From contig JAZMZR010000019.1 in NCBI GenBank assembly GCA_045586065.1, positions 26,337-90,336 on the forward strand: 64,000 nt of DNA, read 5' to 3'. The position numbers and the translations under genes are program-made. The stretch comes from Candidatus Limivicinus sp. (lineage in GTDB: Bacteria > Bacillota > Clostridia > Oscillospirales > Oscillospiraceae). This document shows, piece after piece, positions 27,483 to 36,485 of this stretch. Position 1 is the stretch's first letter, and every line of letters begins with the position of its first letter. Under the pieces are notes generated by a model. It worked only from the letters and a program-made list of their open reading frames with translations. It made no database searches and was not told the DNA's origin.

Positions 27483-28886
27483 TTGAAAAAACGTATCATT
27501 GCACTGCTGATGGCGGCTGTTATGTGTGTTGCTCTCTTCGCGGGATGCGGACAGTCCGCAGCCCCGGCAGCACCGGCTCAGTCCGACGCTTCCGCACCGG
27601 CAGACACCGCATCTGCTCCGGCAGATAATGCCGCGCCCGTACAGCTCACCCGTGTTCAGGCCATCATCAAAGAGGCCGAAGGCATGACCATGGAAGAGCT
27701 TGCCAAGAAGGCCATTGAAGAGTCCAACGGAAAGACACTCTATGGCGTCGGCAACTCCAGCCGCGGCAAATCCGCTCTGCCTCTCTTCATCGAGTATCTG
27801 AAGACCATCGACCCCAGCTACGATCTCCAGTATGAGTGGCAGCAGCCGAAGAACAACAAGATCTTCGATCAGCTCACCTCCGACTCCAAAAAGAGCGAAG
27901 GCACATTTGCCCTCACTCTCATCCAGGACGGCAACCAGATCGAGAGCAAGATGGTCCAGACCGGCGTTCTCGATACCTTCATCCCCAAGGAGTGGGCAGA
28001 GGCCAACGGCGTTGATGCCGAGACCTATACCGGCTACCTGCCCCTCCAGACCCTCAACAAGGTCTTCATGTACAACAACACCGGCTCCTTCAAGCCCACC
28101 AATGTCTGGGACTTCGTAGGTGAGGGCCAGCACGGCCAGTTCATGGACATCGATTCCGAGATCGTCGGAAAGAACTTCCTCTACATGCTCACCGCTCCGA
28201 AATATGCAGGCTGGCTCAAGGAATCCTTCGACAAGCTCCCCGATGCCCAGAAAGCCTATTTCAAGCCCACCATCGATGAGGTCGCCCAGGATGCCAAGGA
28301 CCTCGGCCTTGATGCCAACGGTGCCTATGCCCTTGCATGGATCAAGCTCTGGGTCGGCTCCTACAATGCTGTGACTGACGACGGCCCGATCTGCAATGCC
28401 CTCGTTCAGAAATCCTCCACCGACCAGTTCGGACTTCTCGTTTACTCCAAGCTCCGTTCCGTCGAGGAAACGGACGAAGTCTCCAAGAACAATATCAATG
28501 TAGCCGCATATGACGACGGTTACGAAGGTATCGGCGGCTACGGCTACTGCCACTACATGTTCGTCACTGACAACTCTCCTCTGCCCTGGACCGCCTGCGC
28601 GTTCATCTCCTACATCACCTGCACCGTTGACGGCTTCTCCGCATGGGGCAAAGATATGGGCGGTTACTCCTCCAATCCCGATGTTGCAAAGGGTGTTGAG
28701 GAAACCTATCACCACTCTCAGGGTGGCGAAGTCGACGGCGTTCTGACTTTCCCCGCCAAGAACGACCGCGGCTATGACTGGTGGACCACCGAAGGTAAGC
28801 TCGTTCTCGAAGATCCCGAATACTGCGCTTCCGTTGCATTCACCGTCGGCAGCTGGATCGAGATCCTCGATAAATACGCCGGCTGA
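27483..28886 (+). CDS. ABC transporter substrate-binding lipoprotein (large, about 467 aa)
   Basis: TTG 27483 has AGGAGG 7 nt upstream. Signal peptide plus lipobox LFAGCG, followed by an Ala/Pro/Ser-rich linker. The track's upstream extension is not coding-like. Confidence 0.85.
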   Translation: MKKRIIALLMAAVMCVALFAGCGQSAAPAAPAQSDASAPADTASAPADNAAPVQLTRVQAIIKEAEGMTMEELAKKAIEESNGKTLYGVGNSSRGKSALPLFIEYLKTIDPSYDLQYEWQQPKNNKIFDQLTSDSKKSEGTFALTLIQDGNQIESKMVQTGVLDTFIPKEWAEANGVDAETYTGYLPLQTLNKVFMYNNTGSFKPTNVWDFVGEGQHGQFMDIDSEIVGKNFLYMLTAPKYAGWLKESFDKLPDAQKAYFKPTIDEVAQDAKDLGLDANGAYALAWIKLWVGSYNAVTDDGPICNALVQKSSTDQFGLLVYSKLRSVEETDEVSKNNINVAAYDDGYEGIGGYGYCHYMFVTDNSPLPWTACAFISYITCTVDGFSAWGKDMGGYSSNPDVAKGVEETYHHSQGGEVDGVLTFPAKNDRGYDWWTTEGKLVLEDPEYCASVAFTVGSWIEILDKYAG

Positions 28887-28921
28887 TTATTCTGATCCGC
28901 ACTGTAAAGAAAACTGAAACA

Positions 28922-28956
28922 GCGCCCCTGGAGCGGTGCTCCAAGGGCGCTTTCTC
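28922..28956 (+). terminator. Intra-operon hairpin after the SBP gene
   Basis: The stem gcgcccctggag / ctccaagggcgc matches 11 of 12, with loop cggtg, followed by tttctc. Confidence 0.45.
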
Positions 28957-28982
28957 AAATAACTCCTTGAAAGGAGAGACAA

Positions 28983-30812
28983 ATGGTTCAGGAAACATTA
29001 AGGCCTAACGGCTCAGCGATCTTTCTCAACAAACTGAGGACCTTTTTTTCCAAGCCCTATAATGTGATCCTGCTGCTTCTGGGCATCGTGCTCACGATAA
29101 CCACCGTTGCTCCGATCGTTGCCATCCTTCAGGATACAGTCGCCATCCATCCGGGCACAGTCGATGCCCAGCTTACGGGAAAAGTCAGCGGATACTCTTT
29201 TGCGAACTTCAAGGATCTTTTCACAAACAAGATCGTCATGAAGAAGTTCCTGATGACTCCGTTGAAGAACACGCTGTTTCTGTCTGTTGGCACCTGTGTC
29301 GTTTCGATCGTATTCGGCGGAATAGTGGCATTTCTTGTCACAAGAACCAATCTGGCCTGGAAAAAATACATCAGCTCCATTTTTATCTTCCCGTATATCA
29401 TGCCCCAGTGGACACTGGCTGTCGTATGGCAGAACCTGTTCTGGTCCGTCAATGTTACCGGTGTCAAGGACGGTCTTCTCGCCTCACTGTTCCATATTTA
29501 TATGCCCAAATGGTGGTGTCAGGGGCTGTTCCCCAGCCTGATGGTACTGGGTCTTCATTACGCTCCGTTTGCATACATTCTCATCGGCGGCATCTTCCGC
29601 AACATGGATGCGAACCTTGAAGAGGCCGCCACGATCCTTGATACCCCTAAGTGGAAGATCATGTTCCGGGTCACGCTCCCGATGGTCAAACCCGCCATTC
29701 TTTCCACCATCCTGCTGGTCTTCGGATCGGCCATGGGTTCCTATCCCGTACCGCATTATCTGGGTCTGAGCACTCTTTCGACCCAGTATATCTCCATGAA
29801 CTCCAACCGGACCGGTGAAGCGTCCATCATCGCAGTGATCATGATGCTGTTCGGCGTCGCGATCATGCTGCTCAACCAGTTCAGTCTGACGAGCCGCAAG
29901 AGCTATACCACCGTTACCGGTAAATCCGGCCAGATCTCCAAGATCAATCTGGGCAAATCCGGCAAGTACATAATTGCTTTTATACTGGTCATAATCACCT
30001 TCTTCACCAGCATCTTCCCGATCGTTTCCTTCGCATTTGAGACCTTCCTTCCCAACCCCGGAGACTACAGTTTCCTCTATACAGGCAATTCAAGCAATCT
30101 CACTACCAAATGGTGGGCGACCAATGAAAACATTTCGGAGAACGGAATGTACGGTCAGAAAGGAATCCTCTATAACGAAACGATCTGGCATGCCTTCGGA
30201 GGCACCATCCTTGTATCCGTGGCCTGCGCTCTCGTGGCGGGCACCATCGGTACGCTGGTCGGCTATGCCGTGGCAAAGCAGAGGAGGAGCAAATGGGCCA
30301 ACTACGTCAACTCCGTAGCCTTCCTGCCTTACCTGATGCCTTCGATCGCAGTCGGTGCCGCGTTCTTTGTTCTGCTCTCCAGTGAGAAGATCAATCTCTT
30401 CAACACATACTGGATCCTGATCATAGCCGGTACCGTCAAATACATCCCCTTCGCCAGCCGTTCCTCTCTCAACTCCATGCTGCAGCTTTCCGGAGAGATC
30501 GAGGAGGCGGCCATCATACAGGACATTCCGTGGATCAAGCGGATGCTGCGGATCATCATCCCGATCCAGAAATCCTCCATCATCAGCGGCTATCTGCTGC
30601 CGTTCATGACCTGTCTGAGAGAGCTGAGCCTGTTTATGCTGCTTTGCGTGCAGGGATTCATCCTCTCCACTACGCTGGACTATTTTGATGAAATGGGCCT
30701 GTATGCGTTCTCCAGCGGCATCAACCTGCTGCTCATCGTTACGATCCTCATTTTCAATACTCTTGTCAATAAGCTGACCGGTGCCAGCCTTGACGAGGGA
30801 ATAGGAGGTTAA
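28983..30812 (+). CDS. Fused two-domain ABC transporter permease (about 12 TM)
   Basis: 609 aa. It has two tandem MetI-like halves, each with an EAA-type loop (EEAATILDTPKW and EEAAIIQDIPWIKR). This is the FbpB/ThiP-type architecture. Confidence 0.9.
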   Translation: MVQETLRPNGSAIFLNKLRTFFSKPYNVILLLLGIVLTITTVAPIVAILQDTVAIHPGTVDAQLTGKVSGYSFANFKDLFTNKIVMKKFLMTPLKNTLFLSVGTCVVSIVFGGIVAFLVTRTNLAWKKYISSIFIFPYIMPQWTLAVVWQNLFWSVNVTGVKDGLLASLFHIYMPKWWCQGLFPSLMVLGLHYAPFAYILIGGIFRNMDANLEEAATILDTPKWKIMFRVTLPMVKPAILSTILLVFGSAMGSYPVPHYLGLSTLSTQYISMNSNRTGEASIIAVIMMLFGVAIMLLNQFSLTSRKSYTTVTGKSGQISKINLGKSGKYIIAFILVIITFFTSIFPIVSFAFETFLPNPGDYSFLYTGNSSNLTTKWWATNENISENGMYGQKGILYNETIWHAFGGTILVSVACALVAGTIGTLVGYAVAKQRRSKWANYVNSVAFLPYLMPSIAVGAAFFVLLSSEKINLFNTYWILIIAGTVKYIPFASRSSLNSMLQLSGEIEEAAIIQDIPWIKRMLRIIIPIQKSSIISGYLLPFMTCLRELSLFMLLCVQGFILSTTLDYFDEMGLYAFSSGINLLLIVTILIFNTLVNKLTGASLDEGIGG

Positions 30813-30815
30813 CTC

Positions 30816-32465
30816 ATGCCTAAGATCACTCTTACACATGTTACCAAGAGATGGGACAAATTCTATGCGGTGGATGATCTCAATCTGGTCATAGACGATA
30901 ACGCCTTCGTTACCCTGCTCGGCCCTTCCGGCTGCGGAAAAACCACCACCCTGCGTATGATCGCGGGACTGGAAACTCCCACCTCCGGCAGGATCACCAT
31001 CGGCGACAGAGTCGTTTTTGACTCAGACGCCGGGATCAACATCCCTCCCAACAAGAGGAAAGTCGGTTTTCTTTTCCAGAACTATGCCCTCTGGCCGAAT
31101 ATGACCGTTTACCAGAACATCTCCTTCGGTCTGAGCAACATAAAGGAAGAGCTACCGAAATATGACCTGGAAGCCCGCCGCACCGCCGCCATGATCCGTG
31201 CCCTCAGCAGACCGGAGGAACTGGTGAGCACCATCCGCGAGTGCGTGGATAAAAAGGGCAAGCTCGATGTGAACAAGGCCCATATCAAGCTGATTGACCA
31301 CTACGAGGTCTCCATCTACACCGCGAAAGAGCTCATGGGCTACAAGCTCCACGAGACCTCCGATCCTGCCGCACTTGCCGCCGCGAAGAAAGCGGAACTC
31401 GAGAAAAAGCTCGAGGTGGCCGCGAAGAAATGCTTTTCCGAGGGATGCACCTTCAACGACGATTACGCCTATGTGAAAGACGGCGTTCCCGTCACGGAAG
31501 TGCGTAAGCTCAGCAAGGAAGAGATCGACCTGAGTGTCCGCCGTGTTTCGAGGATCGTCAAGATCGGCATGTTCATGGACCGTTATCCTGCGGAACTCTC
31601 CGGCGGCCAGCAGCAGCGTGTCGCCATCGCGAGGACTCTCGCTCCGGAACCCAGCGTTCTGTTCATGGATGAGCCTCTCTCCAACCTCGACGCAAAGCTT
31701 CGTCTGGAGATGCGTTCCGAGCTGCAGCGTCTGCACCTTGAGACGGGTTCCACCTTCGTCTACGTCACGCATGACCAGATGGAAGCCATGACCCTCGCCA
31801 CAAGGATCTGCCTGATCGAGAACGGTCTGCTCCAGCAATATGATGCCCCTCTCACCGTATACGGCAGGCCGAACAATACTTTCGTCGCAGACTTTGTCGG
31901 CAACCCCGCCATCAACTTCATCGACGCGAAAGGCAGCCAGAATAGTGACGGAAGCCTTGACCTCAGCATATTTGAGGGAGTTAAGGCTAAATTCGTTCCC
32001 AATGATTCTCTCCGCATTGACGATTGGTATGCCGAGCAGGATGCCTCCGATGAAGCCCGCAAGGCCGCTGAGGCGGAGAAGGCAAAGCAGAAGGGATATG
32101 TGGAAAAGGGCAACAAGGATACGCTCTTCCGCTACCACGTAGCTACCGTGGACGAGGGAGAGGATTACGGCGATGAGGTCGAGGTCGGCAATGACGACTT
32201 TGTCATCGGCGTAAGGCCCGAATTCATCGACATCGTGCCGGACGGCCCCATCGAGGGCGAGATTTATTCCGCGATGCCTACAGGTATGGAGACCACCGTT
32301 AAGATCCAGGTCGGCAGATTCCTTCTCACCGGCGTAGTCTTCGGCGGTGTGCTCTATAACATCGGTCAGAAAGTCCGCTTCGATTTCCGCGGGGATGACA
32401 TCATCCTCTTCAGCAGAAAGAACGGCCGGCTGATCGCGCAGGGCAGTTTGACGCTTATATCCTGA
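30816..32465 (+). CDS. MalK/PotA-type ABC ATPase with large internal insertions
   Basis: 549 aa with Walker A GPSGCGKTT, Q-loop [23 protein letters not shown], Walker B VLFMDEP and H-loop THDQ. About 154 aa lie between the FGL motif and LSGGQ, where I expect about 35-40. Confidence 0.92.
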   Translation: MPKITLTHVTKRWDKFYAVDDLNLVIDDNAFVTLLGPSGCGKTTTLRMIAGLETPTSGRITIGDRVVFDSDAGINIPPNKRKVGFLFQNYALWPNMTVYQNISFGLSNIKEELPKYDLEARRTAAMIRALSRPEELVSTIRECVDKKGKLDVNKAHIKLIDHYEVSIYTAKELMGYKLHETSDPAALAAAKKAELEKKLEVAAKKCFSEGCTFNDDYAYVKDGVPVTEVRKLSKEEIDLSVRRVSRIVKIGMFMDRYPAELSGGQQQRVAIARTLAPEPSVLFMDEPLSNLDAKLRLEMRSELQRLHLETGSTFVYVTHDQMEAMTLATRICLIENGLLQQYDAPLTVYGRPNNTFVADFVGNPAINFIDAKGSQNSDGSLDLSIFEGVKAKFVPNDSLRIDDWYAEQDASDEARKAAEAEKAKQKGYVEKGNKDTLFRYHVATVDEGEDYGDEVEVGNDDFVIGVRPEFIDIVPDGPIEGEIYSAMPTGMETTVKIQVGRFLLTGVVFGGVLYNIGQKVRFDFRGDDIILFSRKNGRLIAQGSLTLIS

Positions 32466-32477
32466 TGTGGTAAAATG

Positions 32478-32508
32478 ACCGGGAGCCGTAAAGGCTCCCG
32501 GTTTTTTA
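32478..32508 (+). terminator. Intrinsic terminator after the ABC ATPase
   Basis: The 10-bp perfect stem accgggagcc / ggctcccggt has loop gtaaa and is followed by T6. Confidence 0.8.
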
Positions 32509-32556
32509 TTCCCGTTTCCTGCACATTCATGACCATTTCCGGGGGAGGACTCATCT

Positions 32557-33573
32557 TTGAAAAAGATCCTGCCGGTCGTTTTCCTTCTGCTAACCATGCT
32601 GTTTTCCGGCTGCGGCTTCCGTGCGGATCCGCAGCTGCTGGACTATTCTCCCGAAGCGTCCATGCGTCTCGTTATTTATACTTCCCACAAGGAAGAGGTC
32701 TACGGGCCGATCATCGAGGAATTCGAGAAGAGGACCGGGATCTGGGTGGATCTTGTTGCCGGCGGCACCGGTGAGCTTCTCGAACGTATAAAGAAGGAAG
32801 AGAACGCGCCCGTTGCGGACGTTATGTTCGGCGGCGGTGTGGAGAGCCTGCTCTCCTATGCAGACTGCTTCGAGCCGTACACGGTCTCCGGTGCAGACAG
32901 CTTTATGCCCGGACTGCGTCAGCCGGACGATATCTGCACGCCTTTTTCCTCTCTCCCCTCTGTTATCATTTACAACACAAGACTCGTCCGTCAGGGTGAG
33001 ATCACCGGCTGGGCGGATCTGCTCGATGAACAGTGGAAGGGCAGGATCGCTTTCGCCAATCCTTCGGTCTCGGGTTCGAGCTACTCCGCTGTCATGACCA
33101 TGCTCACCGCTCTGGACGGAGACCGCTGGGAACTGCTTGCGCGTTTCTACGAAAATCTGGATTCCGCCGTGCTCGAAGATTCCGGAGATGTCGCCTCCAT
33201 GGTCGGCTCCGGGGCGATGTCCGTAGGGATCACTCTCGAACAGACGGCCTTGAAGAGTATTGCGCAAGGCGCCAAGATCGGGATCATCTATCCTGCGGAA
33301 GGCACGAGTATCCTGCCCGACGGCTCCGCTCTTGTCGCGGGAGCGCCTCATCGCGATAATGCAGTCGCTTTTCTGGAGTTCGTACAGAGCACGGATGTTC
33401 AGAATCAGGTCGTCAGCAGTTTTTCACGCAGATCGGTCCGTATCGACGTGGCTGACAGGGAAGGACTGCTCCCTGCAGATCAGATCCCGCTTGTGGAGTA
33501 TGACGTTGAAGAGGCTTCCGCTTTGAAAGAGGAGTTCCTGCAGAGATGGAACTCTCTCAGAAAGGGAGGCTGA
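32557..33573 (+). CDS. Fe3+/thiamine-family substrate-binding lipoprotein, probable sensor partner of the adjacent kinase
   Basis: 338 aa. TTG start with GGGGGAGG upstream, lipobox FSGCG, and RLVIYTSHKEEVYGPIIEEFEKRTGIWVDLVAGGTGELLERI, typical of FbpA/AfuA-like SBPs. Confidence 0.85.
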   Translation: MKKILPVVFLLLTMLFSGCGFRADPQLLDYSPEASMRLVIYTSHKEEVYGPIIEEFEKRTGIWVDLVAGGTGELLERIKKEENAPVADVMFGGGVESLLSYADCFEPYTVSGADSFMPGLRQPDDICTPFSSLPSVIIYNTRLVRQGEITGWADLLDEQWKGRIAFANPSVSGSSYSAVMTMLTALDGDRWELLARFYENLDSAVLEDSGDVASMVGSGAMSVGITLEQTALKSIAQGAKIGIIYPAEGTSILPDGSALVAGAPHRDNAVAFLEFVQSTDVQNQVVSSFSRRSVRIDVADREGLLPADQIPLVEYDVEEASALKEEFLQRWNSLRKGG

Positions 33574-33574
33574 C

Positions 33575-35314
33575 ATGTTCAAAAGTACTTATCAGCAGTC
33601 TCTTTTCCGTACTTTTCTTCTGGCCGGCGCACTGCCGCTGATCATATGCGTCATCCTGATCCTGAGCATATTTCGGATCTCTTCCGAGGCAAACACCGAG
33701 CGGACGGGCCAGTCGCGCATCGGCTCCATGTCACGAGCTGTCACCTCCTTTACATCTCAATCCGAAGCGGCACTGAACAGGGTGGTCTCCGATCCTCTGA
33801 TAACCTCGGCTCTTGATCAGCATTCTCCCGCCAGCACGGAGATCTATCACGTTCTGTACAGCGCTCTCAACGATATCCCCTCCTCCCCCGACATATCAGT
33901 CTATGACTCCGGCGGTGTCCTTCTGTACACCACCGGCGACGGAAAGCCGGGAGAAAAGCTCTCCACAGACTGGGGGCTGCTCTTCTCCGCCCGTGACAAA
34001 GACCGGGTCGTGTTCCGCAGGACCTCTCCCTATGATTCCGGACAGCGCAGCTGTATGGAGATCGCCTGTCCTGCCAAAAGCGGCGGGTCCATACGCGGCT
34101 ACGCCGTGATAGAAGTATCGGATGCCTGCCTTTCCGGACTGCTTGCGGATCTTACCGCCGAGACGGATTACATGCTCCTCGACCCTATGTGGAACGAGGT
34201 CCAGGCCTCTCCGTTTCTGAAGGAAGCAGATGCCGCATCGCTCCTTCGCGGCTCTCTGCTCCACCCCGGCGGCTCCGACACGCTTCTGGATGATTACCGT
34301 CTCTTCATCTCCCGCGATGAAAACAGCGGATTCGTCTCCGTGCTCTGTATGGACAGACCTCTCAGCGACCATACCGCACGTATCCTGTATGCCGTGGCGC
34401 TTTTTTCGATCCTTCTCTGCCTTTTTCTCTGTCTGCTGTTTTCCGTCCGTCTGAGCAAACGGGTCTCAAAGCCCGTCCGGTCTCTGAATGAGGCAATGGC
34501 TCAGGTTGAGCAGGGAAATCTCGATGTGCAGCTGGAGGAGACCGGTACCGACGAGCTCAGTATGCTCTCTGCGCATTTCGGCCGTATGACCGGGCAGCTC
34601 AAAAGCAACATTAACAGCTCCATCCGTCAGCAGCAGGAACTTGGAGAGACCAAGATGCGTATGATGCAGGCGCAGCTGAATCCCCACTTTCTCTATAACA
34701 CGCTCGACACGATGAAATGGCTCGCCAAGATACATCATGTCCCGGAGATCTCCACCATCTCCGCCAACCTTGCGGACATACTCCGCAGCAGTATCTCTGC
34801 AGATGAATTCGTCCCTCTCCGGGATGAACTCAAAATGCTCGAAAGATATGTCGAGATCCAGAAGATCCGTTTCCCGGAGAAATTTGAATACCGCACGCAG
34901 ATCGATGAAGAGACTCTTGACCTGCTCATCCCCAAGCTCATGCTGCAGCCTCTCGTGGAAAATGCCATCATCCACGGCTTTGAAGACGGCAGCAGCGGCG
35001 AGATAACCGTCTCTTCAACTCTGGCGAACGACCTGCTTGTTCTTGAAGTACGCGACACGGGCTGCGGGATCTCGGAAGAGATGAAGAAAGCCTTCCTCTC
35101 CGCACGCAGCGATGCCGGCGAACACAGCAGGGGCCATCTCGGCCTGCACAATGTCGATGCCATCCTGCGCCTGAACTACGGTGAGGAGCACGGTCTGCAG
35201 ATCACCGATGCCTGCCCCGGCACCTGCATACGTGCAGAACTGCCGGTAGAAAACGTGAAGAAAAACGCCGATCGGGAGAACAAAAATGAAAAGGATAGTA
35301 GTGGTAGAAGATGA
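33575..35314 (+). CDS. YesM-like sensor histidine kinase (HAMP + His_kinase + HATPase_c)
   Basis: 579 aa with two TM helices flanking a periplasmic-type domain, a HAMP region, QLNPHFLYNTLD (LytS/YehU-type H-box) and an ATPase N/G boxes region. Confidence 0.9.
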   Translation: MFKSTYQQSLFRTFLLAGALPLIICVILILSIFRISSEANTERTGQSRIGSMSRAVTSFTSQSEAALNRVVSDPLITSALDQHSPASTEIYHVLYSALNDIPSSPDISVYDSGGVLLYTTGDGKPGEKLSTDWGLLFSARDKDRVVFRRTSPYDSGQRSCMEIACPAKSGGSIRGYAVIEVSDACLSGLLADLTAETDYMLLDPMWNEVQASPFLKEADAASLLRGSLLHPGGSDTLLDDYRLFISRDENSGFVSVLCMDRPLSDHTARILYAVALFSILLCLFLCLLFSVRLSKRVSKPVRSLNEAMAQVEQGNLDVQLEETGTDELSMLSAHFGRMTGQLKSNINSSIRQQQELGETKMRMMQAQLNPHFLYNTLDTMKWLAKIHHVPEISTISANLADILRSSISADEFVPLRDELKMLERYVEIQKIRFPEKFEYRTQIDEETLDLLIPKLMLQPLVENAIIHGFEDGSSGEITVSSTLANDLLVLEVRDTGCGISEEMKKAFLSARSDAGEHSRGHLGLHNVDAILRLNYGEEHGLQITDACPGTCIRAELPVENVKKNADRENKNEKDSSGRR

Positions 35315-36020
35315 GGAAGTCGTCCGCCAGGGCATCGTCCATGCCGTGGATTGGGACAGCATCGGCTGTCAGGTGATCGGCGAAGCTTCGAACGGCCTGG
35401 CAGGTCTTGCTGTCATCCGGGATAAAAAACCGGATCTTATAGTCGCGGATATAAAGATGCCCATGATGGACGGGATCGATATGGTCCGCGCCTTGCGTAA
35501 GGATGGCATCGGATGCCGCGTGATCTTCCTCACAGCCTATTCGGATTTCAGTTTTGCACAGCACGCGGTAAAGCTCGGCGCCGCGGACTATCTGCTCAAG
35601 CCTTTCCGTGACGGGGAGCTCGAGGAAGCAGTCCGAAGATCACTTGAAGCCGCCCCGTCTCCCGTTCCGCAGCCTTCTGCCGGGCAGGATGCGAAATACA
35701 GCCGATATGTGCTTGAAGCGATGAAGTATATAGACTCGCATTACAGCGAGGATATTGGTCTCGGCACGATCGCCGATCATCTGGGTTTGAGCGAGAGCCG
35801 TCTCAGCCACCTTTTCAAAGACGAGACCGGCCAGTCTCCCGGCAGCTATCTTATACAGACCAGGATCAAAGCCGCGATGGAAATGCTCAGGGACTGCCGC
35901 AGTAAAGTCTATGAGGTGGCGGAGCAGACCGGGTTCCGGGATATAGCCCATTTCAGTTCCACCTTCAAAAAGATTGTTGGAGTGAGTCCTTCCGAATATC
36001 AGAAAACGGCAGCGGACTGA
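35286..36020 (+). CDS. Response regulator with AraC-type HTH output (YesN-like, short form)
   Basis: 244 aa. The receiver has DLIVADIKMP, and the C-terminal AraC HTH has IAHFSSTFKKIVGVSPSEY. It overlaps the kinase end by 29 nt. Confidence 0.9.
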   Translation: MKRIVVVEDEEVVRQGIVHAVDWDSIGCQVIGEASNGLAGLAVIRDKKPDLIVADIKMPMMDGIDMVRALRKDGIGCRVIFLTAYSDFSFAQHAVKLGAADYLLKPFRDGELEEAVRRSLEAAPSPVPQPSAGQDAKYSRYVLEAMKYIDSHYSEDIGLGTIADHLGLSESRLSHLFKDETGQSPGSYLIQTRIKAAMEMLRDCRSKVYEVAEQTGFRDIAHFSSTFKKIVGVSPSEYQKTAAD

Positions 36021-36051
36021 TCAGGATCCCGCGAGTCTCTATAAGGAAAGT

Positions 36052-36426
36052 GTGGCTGTCATGCAGACTATTCAGGAAGCGCTTGAAAAACTTGACAGGT
36101 CAAAATTCCGTTCAGGCTTCCGGCTGACTGAACAGGACCGGGAGTATCTGAAAAGAAAAGGCCCGGAAGCAATAAGGCGGCATGCGTGTGATTTTGTTCT
36201 GCAGAAGCTTGCCCCGCAGGATCCCGTGAACGACGGGAAACAGACCCCCATGCGCGGGCACCCGGTCTTTAAGGCAATGCACGCCACGGCCTGCTGCTGC
36301 CGGGGATGTCTGAACAAATGGTATAAGGTCCCGCAGCACAGAGCCCTTTCGGCAAACGAGCAGGAGCGGATCGTGAATCTGCTGATGGCCTGGCTTGAGA
36401 AAGAGGACCCGGATTTCAAGGCCTGA
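36052..36426 (+). CDS. DUF4186 domain protein
   Basis: 124 aa with HPVFKAMHATACCCRGCLNKWYKVP, the DUF4186 hallmark. Confidence 0.75.
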   Translation: MAVMQTIQEALEKLDRSKFRSGFRLTEQDREYLKRKGPEAIRRHACDFVLQKLAPQDPVNDGKQTPMRGHPVFKAMHATACCCRGCLNKWYKVPQHRALSANEQERIVNLLMAWLEKEDPDFKA

Positions 36427-36433
36427 ATTCAAC

Positions 36434-36472
36434 AAAAAGAGGATACCGCATCACTGCGGTATCCTCTTTTTA
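36434..36472. terminator. Bidirectional intrinsic terminator
   Basis: The 15-bp perfect stem aaagaggataccgca / tgcggtatcctcttt has loop tcac, with A/T runs on both sides. Confidence 0.85.
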
Positions 36473-36485
36473 TCAGTACATCTTA

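Noticed and set aside
27465-28715. 416-aa minus-strand ORF
   Set aside because: It is antisense to the lipoprotein SBP gene. It is Gly/Val/Asp-rich and low-complexity, with no start context.
31152-32597. 481-aa minus-strand ORF
   Set aside because: It is antisense to the ABC ATPase, whose Walker, signature and H-loop motifs are unambiguous on the plus strand.
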